Shown: positions 49,520 through 59,348, counted from the first letter of the stretch. The stretch: DNA of 64,000 nucleotides from Candidatus Limosilactobacillus merdigallinarum (GCA_019114515.1 DXFH01000011.1:73631-137630); one strand, 5' to 3'. Translations and numbers: made by a program. The notes: a model not told the origin generated them from the letters alone.

Positions 49520-50977
49520 ATGCCTATTCAAAACAAAGCAATGTTGATTACCTACTCTGATTCAATGGGTAAGAACATCAAGGAGACTCATGAAGTATTA
49601 AACAAGTACATTGGCGACGCAATTGGCGGTGTCCACCTGCTGCCATTCTTCCCATCAACCGGTGACCGTGGTTTTGCCCCATACCGCTACGACGTGGTTG
49701 ATTCACAATTTGGTGATTGGTCCGATGTTGAATCATTAGGGGAGGACTACTACCTGATGTTTGACTTCATGATCAACCACATTTCCAAGAAGTCAGTTAT
49801 GTACCAAGACTTCCAAAAGAACCACGATGCTTCTAAGTACAGTGACTTCTTCATCCGTTGGGAAAAGTTTTGGGAAAAGGCTGGTAAGGGTCGGCCAACG
49901 CAAAAGGACATTGATATGATCTACAAGCGTAAAGACAAGGCCCCAGAACAAGAAATTGACTTTGCTGATGGTACGAAGGAACACTTATGGAACACGTTCG
50001 GTGACCAGCAAATCGACATTAATGTTAAGTCCAAGGTAGCTAACGAATTCTTTAAGCAGACACTGATCGACATGGTCAAGCACGGGGCCGACATGATTCG
50101 TCTGGACGCCTTCGCATATGCCGTTAAGAAGGTCGACACAAATGACTTCTTCGTTGAACCAGAAATTTGGGACCTCTTAAACAAGATCCAAGATATTTTG
50201 AAGCCATATGATGCTGTGATCTTGCCAGAAATCCACGAGCACTACACGATTCCACAAAAGATTTCTCAGCATGGCTTCTTTATCTACGACTTCACTTTAC
50301 CAATGACGACCCTGTACACGCTGTACTCCGGCAAGACTAACCGCTTAGCTCACTGGCTAAAGATTTCTCCAATGAAGCAGTTCACTACTTTAGATACCCA
50401 TGACGGAATTGGGGTTGTGGACGCTAAGGATATTCTGACTGACGACGAAATCAAGTACGCATCTAACGAATTGTACAAGGTAGGTGCTAACGTTAAGCGG
50501 AAGTACTCTAGTGCTGAATACCACAACTTAGACATCTACCAGATCAACTCCACTTACTACTCTGCTCTGGGTGACAACGACAAGTCCTACTTGCTGGCGC
50601 GGGCATTCCAAATCTTTGCCCCTGGTATTCCAATGGTTTACTACGTTGGTCTGCTGGCTGGCTCCAACGATCTGGAACTATTGGAAAAGACTAAGGAAGG
50701 CCGTAACATTAACCGTCACTACTACACTAAAGAAGAAGTAGCCAAGGAAGTTCAACGTCCAGTAGTTGCTAACTTGTTAAAGCTGTTGTCATGGCGTAAT
50801 CAATTTGCTGCCTTTGATCTGGATGGAACTATCGATGTGCAGACACCAAGCGACACAACGATTACGATCACTCGTACTGATAAGGACGGCAAGATTAAGG
50901 CGGTCTTAGAAGCAGATGCTGCCAATAAGACCTTCAAGATCACTGCTAATGGCGAAGTAGTGATGGAGCAAAAGTAA
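49520..50977 (+). CDS. scrP: Sucrose phosphorylase (GH13)
   Basis: 485-aa [20 protein letters not shown]...[32 protein letters not shown]...IRLDAFAY...LDTHDGIGV, the hallmark sucrose phosphorylase blocks. Confidence 0.93.
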   Translation: MPIQNKAMLITYSDSMGKNIKETHEVLNKYIGDAIGGVHLLPFFPSTGDRGFAPYRYDVVDSQFGDWSDVESLGEDYYLMFDFMINHISKKSVMYQDFQKNHDASKYSDFFIRWEKFWEKAGKGRPTQKDIDMIYKRKDKAPEQEIDFADGTKEHLWNTFGDQQIDINVKSKVANEFFKQTLIDMVKHGADMIRLDAFAYAVKKVDTNDFFVEPEIWDLLNKIQDILKPYDAVILPEIHEHYTIPQKISQHGFFIYDFTLPMTTLYTLYSGKTNRLAHWLKISPMKQFTTLDTHDGIGVVDAKDILTDDEIKYASNELYKVGANVKRKYSSAEYHNLDIYQINSTYYSALGDNDKSYLLARAFQIFAPGIPMVYYVGLLAGSNDLELLEKTKEGRNINRHYYTKEEVAKEVQRPVVANLLKLLSWRNQFAAFDLDGTIDVQTPSDTTITITRTDKDGKIKAVLEADAANKTFKITANGEVVMEQK

Positions 50978-51034
50978 GTTTAATCAGCGTTACAAAGAAT
51001 GTGATAGAAACTTGCTAGCACATTTCTGCAAGCA

Positions 51035-51082
51035 GTAAAAGGTCTCCAACGTTCATTCGAATGATGGGGACCTTTACTTTTA
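51035..51082 (+). terminator. Probable terminator after scrP
   Basis: AAAGGTCTCCA ... TGGGGACCTTT stem followed by a weak T-run (ACTTTT). Confidence 0.5.
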
Positions 51083-51212
51083 CCGTTACGACCACTTTTT
51101 GGTCATTTAAAAGATATTATGACACAGTACATGCTTTTTTAGCTTAAAGTAACTATTGCAATTCACACGGGTGGATTATAATAAGAACAATTCACAAATG
51201 AGGTTTGTATAG

Positions 51213-52160
51213 ATGGTAGTAAAACTAAAAGACGTTGCTGACTTGGCAGGCGTATCCGTTACGACTGTTTCCCGTGTTATTAACAACTATGGGTCGCTCA
51301 GCGAACGCACGATTAAAAAAGTCCACGAAGCGATGCGAAAACTGAATTATCAGCCAAATGCGCTGGCTCGGGCAATGCAAGGCAAGCCATCAAAGTTTAT
51401 CGGCTTGATTTTTCCCAACATTACCAATCCTTTTTTTGCCGAACTGATCAACAGCTTGGAGTATAAACTGTTTAAGCAGGGCTATAAGACTATCATCGCT
51501 TCGTCAGCACAAAATGAAGAAATTGAGCATGATTATCTAGGAATGCTCATGGCTAACCAAGTAGATGGGATTATTTCTGGATCACACAATTTAGGTATCA
51601 GAGAATACCAGCAGTTGACCTCGCCCATTGTTTCTTTTGACCGCTACTTGGCAGATAACATCCCAATTGTGGCTGCTGACTCATATCATGGTGGACAGCT
51701 CTCGGCACAGTTTGTAGTGAAGAAGGGTGCACGCAAGATTGCCGTAATGATTGATGAAGATACTTCCGTTTCCCCAACGCTGAATCGTGTGCAAGGAGCA
51801 ATCGATTACCTTAGTAAAGCACATATTCCTTACACGCCATTAGATTTAAAACACACTAATTTTGATGAAGTATTTCCCGGGGAATATGATGGGGTGATTG
51901 CAACCAATGATCTCCAAGCACTGATGATTCGCAACGTTGGTGTATTACATGGCAAGAAGATCAACGAAGATTTTGTGGTCACCGGTTATGATGGCTCACA
52001 GTTGATTTTAAAGGCAGAACCGAGTTTGCCAACGGTGGTACAGCCGATCGATGCGATTGCGGATGAATTGATCGCCACCTTGATGGCCAAGATTAAGGAT
52101 CCACATGCAAATATTAAACCACAACCATTGAAGGTCACTTTCCATGATCCTGAAGTATAA
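51213..52160 (+). CDS. LacI-family transcriptional regulator (sucrose-operon-repressor-like)
   Basis: 315-aa ORF. N-terminal HTH KLKDVADLAGVSVTTVSRVINN followed by a periplasmic-binding-protein fold. Confidence 0.9.
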   Translation: MVVKLKDVADLAGVSVTTVSRVINNYGSLSERTIKKVHEAMRKLNYQPNALARAMQGKPSKFIGLIFPNITNPFFAELINSLEYKLFKQGYKTIIASSAQNEEIEHDYLGMLMANQVDGIISGSHNLGIREYQQLTSPIVSFDRYLADNIPIVAADSYHGGQLSAQFVVKKGARKIAVMIDEDTSVSPTLNRVQGAIDYLSKAHIPYTPLDLKHTNFDEVFPGEYDGVIATNDLQALMIRNVGVLHGKKINEDFVVTGYDGSQLILKAEPSLPTVVQPIDAIADELIATLMAKIKDPHANIKPQPLKVTFHDPEV

Positions 52161-52195
52161 AAAAACTCCTAGCATTTTGCTAGGAGCTTTTTTTA
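52160..52195. terminator. Bidirectional terminator
   Basis: AAAAAA-CTCCTAGCA-TTT-TGCTAGGAG-C-TTTTTTT. Confidence 0.85.
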
Positions 52196-52211
52196 TAGCA
52201 GCTGTTAATTA

Positions 52212-52400
52212 TTAACCTTGGGCCTTCATGAAACGCCGCAGCAAGCCTTCTTCTTCACTAGTAGCAGTGCTGGCCTGAGACTTAATGTCGTGTACCCGTT
52301 CTACGGATAATTGGCTGCCAAATGCAACCTCATTGTCGGTTAAATCATGGTCCTTTTCAAAATTAATGATGTCCATTGAAAGGTTGTTACCTTCGTCCAT
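52212..52400 (-). CDS. Small acidic hypothetical protein (62 aa)
   Basis: ATG 52400 is preceded by AAGGAGGA. The ORF-track start at 52442 has no RBS. I recognise no motif. Confidence 0.5.
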   Translation of the reverse strand: MDEGNNLSMDIINFEKDHDLTDNEVAFGSQLSVERVHDIKSQASTATSEEEGLLRRFMKAQG

Positions 52401-52560
52401 GAAAACATCCTCCTTCACAGTTATTATGCAAAAAACACTCACTTACCATTATACCTATTAACTGCTAAAAGGCGAATGAAAAGTCAAAAGCTTACCCAGG
52501 CCAGTGTGTTACAATTAGTATTATTGGTTATTAACCGTTAAGGGATAGGAGAAGATTAGT

Positions 52561-53181
52561 ATGAACTGGAATTGGCTAGGCTGGCTGCTATGGATTGGCG
52601 GCATTGTCTTCTTAATCTGGGTTATTCATTATATTCGTGTTAAGCAATTAATGCTGATCGCAAAGGAAAAACGCCGCTTTGATGGTGGTTTATTTACCCG
52701 CTATGTTATCTTAATGGTCATTGCCATTGCTTGGCTGGGCACGATGAGCTACTTTTCATGGTTCCGCACGGTGGCTGTTGATGATAGTAGTCAGGTCAGT
52801 GTTCATACGACTTACCATCCACTGGTACTTGGCAGTGGCAATAACGATTATTACTACGTCAAGGCTAACCGCAGTCAGGGTGGCAAGCGGGCAGTGGTAT
52901 CGTACACGTACTGGACAAAAGATTCGCGTAACACTACTAATTCCAAGTATGGCACTGTAGCCGTTAGCGACAATTATCTGAGTTCAGCAGCCGGTGCTTA
53001 CCCATGGAACAAGAAGGAATTAGCCCGATTAGATTCCCGCAGTGGTCATGCGTTTGCGGCGGTAATGACTATTCGTTATCGGAATACGCCAATCAATGGC
53101 TTAGGGATCCGTGTGGGCCGAATGGCTGACCAACACACACTAATCCGGGTACCAGCTGCTAATATGATTCATATGAAGTAA
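52561..53181 (+). CDS. Membrane protein of unknown function (two N-terminal TM helices, Lactobacillales-type)
   Basis: 206-aa ORF with a W-rich N-terminal TM pair and a soluble C-terminal domain. GGAGAAG RBS. Confidence 0.65.
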   Translation: MNWNWLGWLLWIGGIVFLIWVIHYIRVKQLMLIAKEKRRFDGGLFTRYVILMVIAIAWLGTMSYFSWFRTVAVDDSSQVSVHTTYHPLVLGSGNNDYYYVKANRSQGGKRAVVSYTYWTKDSRNTTNSKYGTVAVSDNYLSSAAGAYPWNKKELARLDSRSGHAFAAVMTIRYRNTPINGLGIRVGRMADQHTLIRVPAANMIHMK

Positions 53182-53286
53182 GCTAAACAAAAAGCAATGA
53201 AATCAATGCTTTAGCATGATATAATTAGTTTGTATGCGGCTGTTTTGACGAACAGAAGCAAGTCTCGTAACGAAGGAGTAAGTAAA

Positions 53287-53844
53287 ATGATTCAAACTAT
53301 TGATTTGAAGAAAGGTATGGTCTTCAAGCGCGGCGAAAAGCTGCTCCGGGTATTGCAGATCAACCACCACAAACCGGGTAAGGGTAACACTCTGATGCAG
53401 ATGGATATCCAAGACATTCGTTCTGGTTCAATCGTCCACACCACGATGCGCCCTTCCGAAAAGGTTGAACAGGTTGACGTTGACAAGCGTAACGCTCAAT
53501 ACCTTTACGATGAAGGCGACAGCTCCGTATTTATGGACCTGGAAAACTACAACCAGTACAGCTTAGATCACAGCCAGATCACCGAAGAACGGAAGTACCT
53601 GGTTGAAAACATGAACGTAACTCTGGAATTTGTTAACGGTGAAATTGTTGGTATCGAATTACCAGCTACTGTTACTCTTGAAGTTACGGACACGCAACCA
53701 GAAATTAAAGGTGCAACGATCGATGGCGGTGGCAAGCCAGCCACTACGAACACTGGTTTAGTTGTTAACGTACCAGCCTTCATTAAGAACGGCGACAAGA
53801 TCATTGTTAACACCGCTGATGGTGCCTACAAGTCACGTGCTTAA
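53287..53844 (+). CDS. efp: Elongation factor P
   Basis: MIQTIDLKKGMVFKRGEKLLRVLQINHHKPGKGNTLMQMDIQDIRSG, 185 aa, starting at ATG 53287 after AAGGAG. The ORF-track start at 53230 is an extension. Confidence 0.94.
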   Translation: MIQTIDLKKGMVFKRGEKLLRVLQINHHKPGKGNTLMQMDIQDIRSGSIVHTTMRPSEKVEQVDVDKRNAQYLYDEGDSSVFMDLENYNQYSLDHSQITEERKYLVENMNVTLEFVNGEIVGIELPATVTLEVTDTQPEIKGATIDGGGKPATTNTGLVVNVPAFIKNGDKIIVNTADGAYKSRA

Positions 53845-53859
53845 TGATTAAATCAATTC

Positions 53860-53896
53860 AAAAAAGCTGCTAGCCAACGCTAGCAGCTTTTTTTAT
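53860..53896. terminator. Bidirectional terminator between efp and the convergent gene
   Basis: AAAAAAGCTGCTAGC-CAAC-GCTAGCAGCTTTTTTT. Confidence 0.85.
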
Positions 53897-53898
53897 AG

Positions 53899-54531
53899 CT
53901 ACATATCATATGTGCCCATGTCGTTAGCAATGATAACCCGACCACCATATTGATGACCATTGGCAGTTGTCAGGCCCTTCTTGTTATACGCAAAGGTGAC
54001 GGTGGTGGCGGCCTTAACCGCAACGCCCATCACTTCACCAGTGTCGGTGTTTAAGCCAGATGGCATATCCACTGCAACGACTGGTGCGTCAGCTTGGTTA
54101 ATTTCGTTAATCACATCTTGGTAGTGCCCCTTAACTGGCCGGTTAATACCAATTCCAAAGATTGCATCAACGATCAAGGATGCATTTTTTAGCACACTTA
54201 AATCCGTAGTTGCGGGAATTTTGTAGTAATCACAAATGTGTTCCTGCGTTTTATGTTCAGTCGATGCATGCTCAGGATTGCCCACATTGACAATGGTAAC
54301 TGGCAAGCCGGCAATTTTTAACAAACGTGCAACTGCTAAGCCATCGCCGCCATTATTGCCACTACCGGCAACAACCATGACATGGTCTTGATTTAGCGGA
54401 AAAGCAGTTAGGATTTCATCACGCACAGCTAATGCTGCTCGTTCCATCAATACTAGTGAAGGAATGCCAATGGTGTTAATAGTATGGCTATCAAGCTGCT
54501 TCATTTCTGTAGCGTTTACAATCTTTTCCAA
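53899..54531 (-). CDS. NAD(P)H-hydrate epimerase (YjeF N-terminal domain type)
   Basis: 210-aa ORF with LMERAALAV and VVAGSGNNGGDGLAVARLL motifs. Confidence 0.88.
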   Translation of the reverse strand: MEKIVNATEMKQLDSHTINTIGIPSLVLMERAALAVRDEILTAFPLNQDHVMVVAGSGNNGGDGLAVARLLKIAGLPVTIVNVGNPEHASTEHKTQEHICDYYKIPATTDLSVLKNASLIVDAIFGIGINRPVKGHYQDVINEINQADAPVVAVDMPSGLNTDTGEVMGVAVKAATTVTFAYNKKGLTTANGHQYGGRVIIANDMGTYDM

Positions 54532-54659
54532 GAAAAGTGCCTCCTAAATGTTTTTGTTTTCATCATACCACGAGAGTTTGTTAAAAACTGAGCGTCTATT
54601 CGTGACAGTCCCCACGTAATCAAGTAAACTAAGGGTGAAAAAATAACGGGGGTGATCAG

Positions 54660-55049
54660 ATGAGTTTTGCAGAATATTTACCATACTTTAAGAAGATGAT
54701 TAACCGGCAAATCACTTGGACGACACGACGCCCTGAGGATGGTCTCATTCGGGCTGGCTATCCACTCTATGACCAGCAAATGTTGCAGTTTGCGCATGAA
54801 TATAAAATGAGTTCAAATTTTGACCGTCATTATCGGCGCACTTTGCGGATGCATGGGATTAAGCCAAAATTGAATCATGCGACCGTCGGTGATGTGATCT
54901 TAGCTAATAATCCGATGGTTACAAAGGCAATGATTTCTCTGATCATCGATGAAGAAGATATGGAGCAGGGTCTGTGGGCCCAAGCAATGCAAGATGGTTA
55001 TTTCTACCGTTTGTTAAAGAGCTTAGCTTCATCAATGGTGGCGGCGTAA
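54660..55049 (+). CDS. Hypothetical protein (129 aa)
   Basis: The ORF has a GGGGGTG RBS region. No motif I can name with confidence. Confidence 0.55.
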   Translation: MSFAEYLPYFKKMINRQITWTTRRPEDGLIRAGYPLYDQQMLQFAHEYKMSSNFDRHYRRTLRMHGIKPKLNHATVGDVILANNPMVTKAMISLIIDEEDMEQGLWAQAMQDGYFYRLLKSLASSMVAA

Positions 55050-55052
55050 ATA

Positions 55053-55391
55053 ATGAGTAAGAAGAACCAATATAAAGTTTTAAAATTCTATGGCTTACCG
55101 GTAGAAAACGATCCTTCTGGCAATTGGGAATTACGTGGCGATGCTGATGGTCAAAGCAAGATCCACACTTGGCGTATTGGCAAGCATACCAAGGGCAAAT
55201 ATACCGGTCCCGGGCAACTGCTATTAACGGAAAATAATTTGACGGTAATGATTGTGGCAGCCGAGCCAATGGCTTTCAAAGATCGACACCAAGAAACGCC
55301 ATGTCAACGGCTCTTAACTGCCCAGGCGAGGCCTGAGTTATTGAAGCAGGGGCAAACAATTTGGCAACAAAAAAACGAAGCTAATCATTAA
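55053..55391 (+). CDS. Hypothetical protein (112 aa)
   Basis: It starts 3 nt after the preceding stop, so it is probably co-translated. I recognise no motif. Confidence 0.5.
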   Translation: MSKKNQYKVLKFYGLPVENDPSGNWELRGDADGQSKIHTWRIGKHTKGKYTGPGQLLLTENNLTVMIVAAEPMAFKDRHQETPCQRLLTAQARPELLKQGQTIWQQKNEANH

Positions 55392-55546
55392 TTGCTTCGT
55401 TGATAACAATGAAATTGATGGTAATTCTTGCTGAAGATAAGCATAGTAGGATTGCTGTTTGCAATAATTGATAATGATTACTGGTCACTAGCGTTTTCCA
55501 GCTTGAAAATGCAAGTGGCCATTGTTGTATTAATCATGAACCGGAT

Positions 55547-55918
55547 TTATTTTAAGTCCTTGCTTAGTTGCTCTTGCAGGATAACGGCTTGGTTATGGTC
55601 AGGATCTTTCGCCCCGTATAAGAGAATAACATTGCCATTTGTTGACTGTTCTTTTATGGTTGTGAGCAACTGCTGATAAGCATCGTTATCTTGTAATTCT
55701 TTTAAATAGCGTTGCTTAAATTCAGGAAACTTGTCGGCATCGTGATTAAACCATTTGCGCAGCTCAGTACTTGGGCCCACTTCTTTGAGCCACAGGTCTA
55801 GGTGGGCATTAACCTTAGAGATTCCCCGTGGCCATAGACGGTCAACTAAGATACGGTAGCCATCAAGATCGGCGGGTTTGGTGTAAATTCGTTCGAGTTT
55901 AATTGCCAAAATGAACAT
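55547..55918 (-). CDS. DUF488-family protein (YeaO-like)
   Basis: 123-aa ORF with RILVDRLWPRGISK and WLKEVGPSTELRKWFNHD, the characteristic DUF488 blocks. Confidence 0.8.
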   Translation of the reverse strand: MFILAIKLERIYTKPADLDGYRILVDRLWPRGISKVNAHLDLWLKEVGPSTELRKWFNHDADKFPEFKQRYLKELQDNDAYQQLLTTIKEQSTNGNVILLYGAKDPDHNQAVILQEQLSKDLK

Positions 55919-55966
55919 CTCCTTTGTGTGTTAGGTCTATCATAGAATTATTGAGGAGGGAAGCAA

Positions 55967-56611
55967 GTGTTAACAACATATCAACAATTTTTTACGGGCC
56001 GACCGACGAAAGAAATTGCCAAAGATCTTCTGGGACGGCTATTGATTTACGACGGACCAGAAGGAAAAGTCGGGGGCTGGATCGTTGAAACCGAAGCGTA
56101 TTTAGGTGAAAAAGATACTGCTTCCCATGCCTATGGCGGCCGGCGTACTGGATATTCTGAGTCTTTGTATGGACAGCCAGGTGATTTATATATCTATCAA
56201 ATACGGTCACACTATTGCGTCGATATCGTCGTACAAAATAAAGATGAACCACAGGGAATTCTGTTACGAGCAATTGAACCAGCGCTGAACATTCCCCTAA
56301 TGAAACAGCATCGTCATCAAACTGGGGTCACGATCAGCAATGGACCAGGTAAATTGATGATGGCATTAGGTGTGCAATCGCGCCAGTTGGATGGGCAATC
56401 AATGGAAACTGCTCCGTTTCGTATCGATATAGAAAAGCGGCGAGAACCCGCAGAAATTGGTGTGAGTGCCCGGATTGGCGTGAATACAAAGCATAAAGAT
56501 GGTCGCGCGTTGAATCGTTTTTACGTTGCACATAATCCCTATGTATCCGGGATGCACAAGCGCAACAGTGATTTAGAAGCTCACGGATGGAGGGAAGACA
56601 ATGGCGCTTAG
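55967..56611 (+). CDS. DNA-3-methyladenine glycosylase (AAG/MPG family)
   Basis: 214-aa ORF with LLGRLLIY, GWIVETEAYLGEKDTASHAYGGRRT, LYIYQIRSHYCVDIV and NGPGKL. GTG start after GGAGGGAAG. Confidence 0.9.
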   Translation: MLTTYQQFFTGRPTKEIAKDLLGRLLIYDGPEGKVGGWIVETEAYLGEKDTASHAYGGRRTGYSESLYGQPGDLYIYQIRSHYCVDIVVQNKDEPQGILLRAIEPALNIPLMKQHRHQTGVTISNGPGKLMMALGVQSRQLDGQSMETAPFRIDIEKRREPAEIGVSARIGVNTKHKDGRALNRFYVAHNPYVSGMHKRNSDLEAHGWREDNGA

Positions 56612-57764
56612 TTATCAAGCAATGCTGAAGGCTGTGCAGGCGGTTGTAGCAGCTGGTAACGTTCCAAATATTGTTGGTACAGCAGGCATTGGCAAGTCGG
56701 CACTGGTCAGCGACGTCGCACAGCAAATGCATGCTCGGCTGTTTACCACCGTTGTAAGCTTAGCGGAAAAGGGCGACCTCTCGATTCCTGTGCCCCCGCT
56801 GCGTGATGAGGCGTTTGTCAAGACAAGCCGGTATGGCACCTTGGCCAACGTGCAGTTTGGTTATTCCGAAACTTTGGTAGAAATTGTTAAAAATGCGGAA
56901 GCCCATCCCGACCAAGCGATAATTTGGTTTTTGGATGAGTTTAATCGTGGTACTTCTGCTGTACAAAGTGAACTGATGAACGTTGTTTTACAGCGACAGG
57001 TCAACAGTTTGCACCTTCCTGCGCAAGTGCACATTATTATTGCCGAAAATCCAGACAGCAGCATGGAAGGCTTTGGCGAGAGTAACTACGCGGTAACGCC
57101 TGCTGATGCGGCGATCAAGGACCGTACCGTACGACTGGTGATGCAGGCATCGTTAACAGATTGGTTGACCTGGGCCAAAGAAGACGATGGTCAAGGCCAC
57201 CAGCGCATAGCACCTTTAGTAATCAAGTATTTAGAAGATCATCCAGATCAATTAAATAGAGTCGCAGTGGACTTAGGGCCGACGCCGCGTGCTTGGCAAC
57301 GGGTGTCACAAAATCTGCGGCAGCTACAAAAATTATCGACTGCTGACCAGCGACGATTAATGCCGGACGTTTTTAGTGGTGATCTGGGTATTGAAACGGG
57401 GACCGACTTTGCGACGTTTGTTTTGCAAGGAGCGCAATTAAACGACGATGACCTACAAAAGCAGTCTATTGAAAAGATAAGTTCAGCGCTACAAGAATTA
57501 AGCGAGGGTGAACGCTTAGCACAATTGCAGAAGATGGTAACCGTAACGGGTTCGCAAATATTTACCGATGCGAATGTGATTAGTAAATTGCCGTCCTTAA
57601 TCGACTTACTAAGTCCTGATGGTCAGTATGCACTAGGGCAGACGATCGGCAAGATTGCTCGTGAACATCCGGATGAATTCCGCCAGTTTTATCAGATGGC
57701 AGCAGATGACTTTGATGCAGAAAAACTATACCGGCAATTGAGTCAGATTGCCGTGCAGGAGTAA
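56601..57764 (+). CDS. AAA+ ATPase (AAA_5 / MoxR-CbbQ-like) with a ~190-aa helical C-terminal extension
   Basis: Walker A GTAGIGKSA, Walker B IIWFLDEFNRG and sensor-like IIIAENP. The ATG overlaps the glycosylase gene by 11 nt, and the GGAGGG RBS lies inside that gene. Confidence 0.85.
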   Translation: MALSYQAMLKAVQAVVAAGNVPNIVGTAGIGKSALVSDVAQQMHARLFTTVVSLAEKGDLSIPVPPLRDEAFVKTSRYGTLANVQFGYSETLVEIVKNAEAHPDQAIIWFLDEFNRGTSAVQSELMNVVLQRQVNSLHLPAQVHIIIAENPDSSMEGFGESNYAVTPADAAIKDRTVRLVMQASLTDWLTWAKEDDGQGHQRIAPLVIKYLEDHPDQLNRVAVDLGPTPRAWQRVSQNLRQLQKLSTADQRRLMPDVFSGDLGIETGTDFATFVLQGAQLNDDDLQKQSIEKISSALQELSEGERLAQLQKMVTVTGSQIFTDANVISKLPSLIDLLSPDGQYALGQTIGKIAREHPDEFRQFYQMAADDFDAEKLYRQLSQIAVQE

Positions 57765-57768
57765 ATTC

Positions 57769-59052
57769 ATGGCGGAAACGGAATTAACCAATGCGCTGCA
57801 AAACTTGGCATATTCACCGTCGGCCGATATGGCTAAACAAGTAATTGCATACACGGTGAGTAAAATTCTTGCTAAGCAGCGTTTGCTAGGGGAAATATTA
57901 ATGCGAATTCCTCGCCAAATGGTAGCGGCTAGTGATGCAGTGGCGGCGCTAGTCTGGCAGCAGGACCAATTAACGTTGACCATTGACTTTCAGCAATTAG
58001 GTAGCTTGCGTGCAGACGAGATTGAAAGCCTGCTAATGCATGAAGCCTATCACGTGTTATGGCAGCATCCACTGCGCTATGACCAAGCGAACCATCAAGA
58101 GTTAACGAGGGTGGCATGCGATGTAACAGTGAACCAATACTTGGATGAACCGCCACAAGGGACGATGACATTATCACAGCTAGAACGCGTAACGCACGCG
58201 CATTTTCAAGAAGGACAGTCATCGAGCTACTATCGTCGTCAATTGTTATCACTGCCGATTAAGAAACAAAAGCAGGTATCACAGTACTTGCAGTCTAGTG
58301 ATGATCCACAAAGACAAGCTGCCCATGCCAAACTGCATGGAACGCTAGAAACACATGCTTGTTGGCAAATGCATGGTGAAGCAAATCAGCTGCTGCGTAT
58401 GGCACAGCTTAAGAAGGTGGTGCAAGGCAGTTTAGAGATATTGACACAGCAGCAACGAGGCTTGTTACCCGAAAGGATTCGGCGGGCTTTAGGGCCAACA
58501 CAAGAACAGGTACAGCTGCCAATTAATGCGGCTATTCGGCGGATGCTGGGGGCGGTACCGAACGGTAAACAGGACTCACGTGCCCGGTTCAATCGACAGC
58601 AGCCTCTACGACTAGAGTTGCCTGGCCAGATTACGAAGTATATTAGTCGTTTGTATGTATTTGTTGATCAATCCGGATCGATGCCCGACAAAATGGTTAA
58701 AGAACTACTAGACCTCTGTCAACATTTGGTGACGCAGTTAGACACAGAAGTAGAGGTGGTGGCTTTTGATGCTGCCATTGAAGGAAAAGCGCAACCGTTA
58801 AAGAGTGCGGCCGATCATCTCGAGAATCGTCGACAAGGAGGCGGCGGTACCAGCTATCAACCAGTTTTTGACTACTTAAGTGCAGAAAAACTGGCAAGAA
58901 ATACGCCTGTTTTGATTTTGACGGATGGCTGGGGCGATGAGCAAATTAACAACCATGGTTTCCATAATGTGTTATGGCTGCTCACAACGGATTCACCGCT
59001 TTCCGTAAAAAACATCCCCACAAACGTCATGCATCTAAGGAGGGTAAAATGA
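57769..59052 (+). CDS. Zincin-like HExxH metallopeptidase domain fused to a VWA domain (DUF2201-like architecture)
   Basis: LLMHEAYHVLWQH (HExxH). C-terminal VWA with MIDAS-like VFVDQSGSM, GGGTSY and ILTDGWGD. Start ATG 57769 after AGGAG; the ORF-track start at 57748 overlaps the upstream gene. Confidence 0.8.
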   Translation: MAETELTNALQNLAYSPSADMAKQVIAYTVSKILAKQRLLGEILMRIPRQMVAASDAVAALVWQQDQLTLTIDFQQLGSLRADEIESLLMHEAYHVLWQHPLRYDQANHQELTRVACDVTVNQYLDEPPQGTMTLSQLERVTHAHFQEGQSSSYYRRQLLSLPIKKQKQVSQYLQSSDDPQRQAAHAKLHGTLETHACWQMHGEANQLLRMAQLKKVVQGSLEILTQQQRGLLPERIRRALGPTQEQVQLPINAAIRRMLGAVPNGKQDSRARFNRQQPLRLELPGQITKYISRLYVFVDQSGSMPDKMVKELLDLCQHLVTQLDTEVEVVAFDAAIEGKAQPLKSAADHLENRRQGGGGTSYQPVFDYLSAEKLARNTPVLILTDGWGDEQINNHGFHNVLWLLTTDSPLSVKNIPTNVMHLRRVK

Positions 59053-59348
59053 GTAAGGTACCATTATTAGGACCGCAATATTTAATTGAGGCATTGACTC
59101 ACAGTCAGGAATATCAGCTCGCTTGCCAATTATTATGGCTCAATTGGAATGAAGATCCCAACACACTTTATCGTCACCATGTAGAGCCGACTGACGTGCG
59201 GTTTGCCCGTGCTTTGCAGGCTAGTCAACTAGTACGCGGGCGACTAGATTTAGGAAACTATCGTGATGTTAGTCAACTGCTGGCTCACCATGGTCGCTGG
59301 TTTTCCAGCAATGGTCGGGATGAATTGCTGGCACCTTTTTTAGGTTAG
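59049..59348 (+). CDS. Small Trp-rich hypothetical protein (99 aa), last gene of the AAA+/VWA operon
   Basis: ATG 59049 overlaps the TGA 59050-59052 of the VWA gene (ATGA) and follows AGGAGGG. MSKVPLLGPQYLIEALTHSQEYQLACQLLWLNWNEDPN... Confidence 0.65.
   Translation: MSKVPLLGPQYLIEALTHSQEYQLACQLLWLNWNEDPNTLYRHHVEPTDVRFARALQASQLVRGRLDLGNYRDVSQLLAHHGRWFSSNGRDELLAPFLG

Noticed and set aside
55428-55676. An 82-aa plus-strand ORF overlapping the 3' part of the DUF488 gene.
   Set aside because: It is antisense to a gene with clear family motifs, and it has no RBS and a hydrophobic junk-like sequence.
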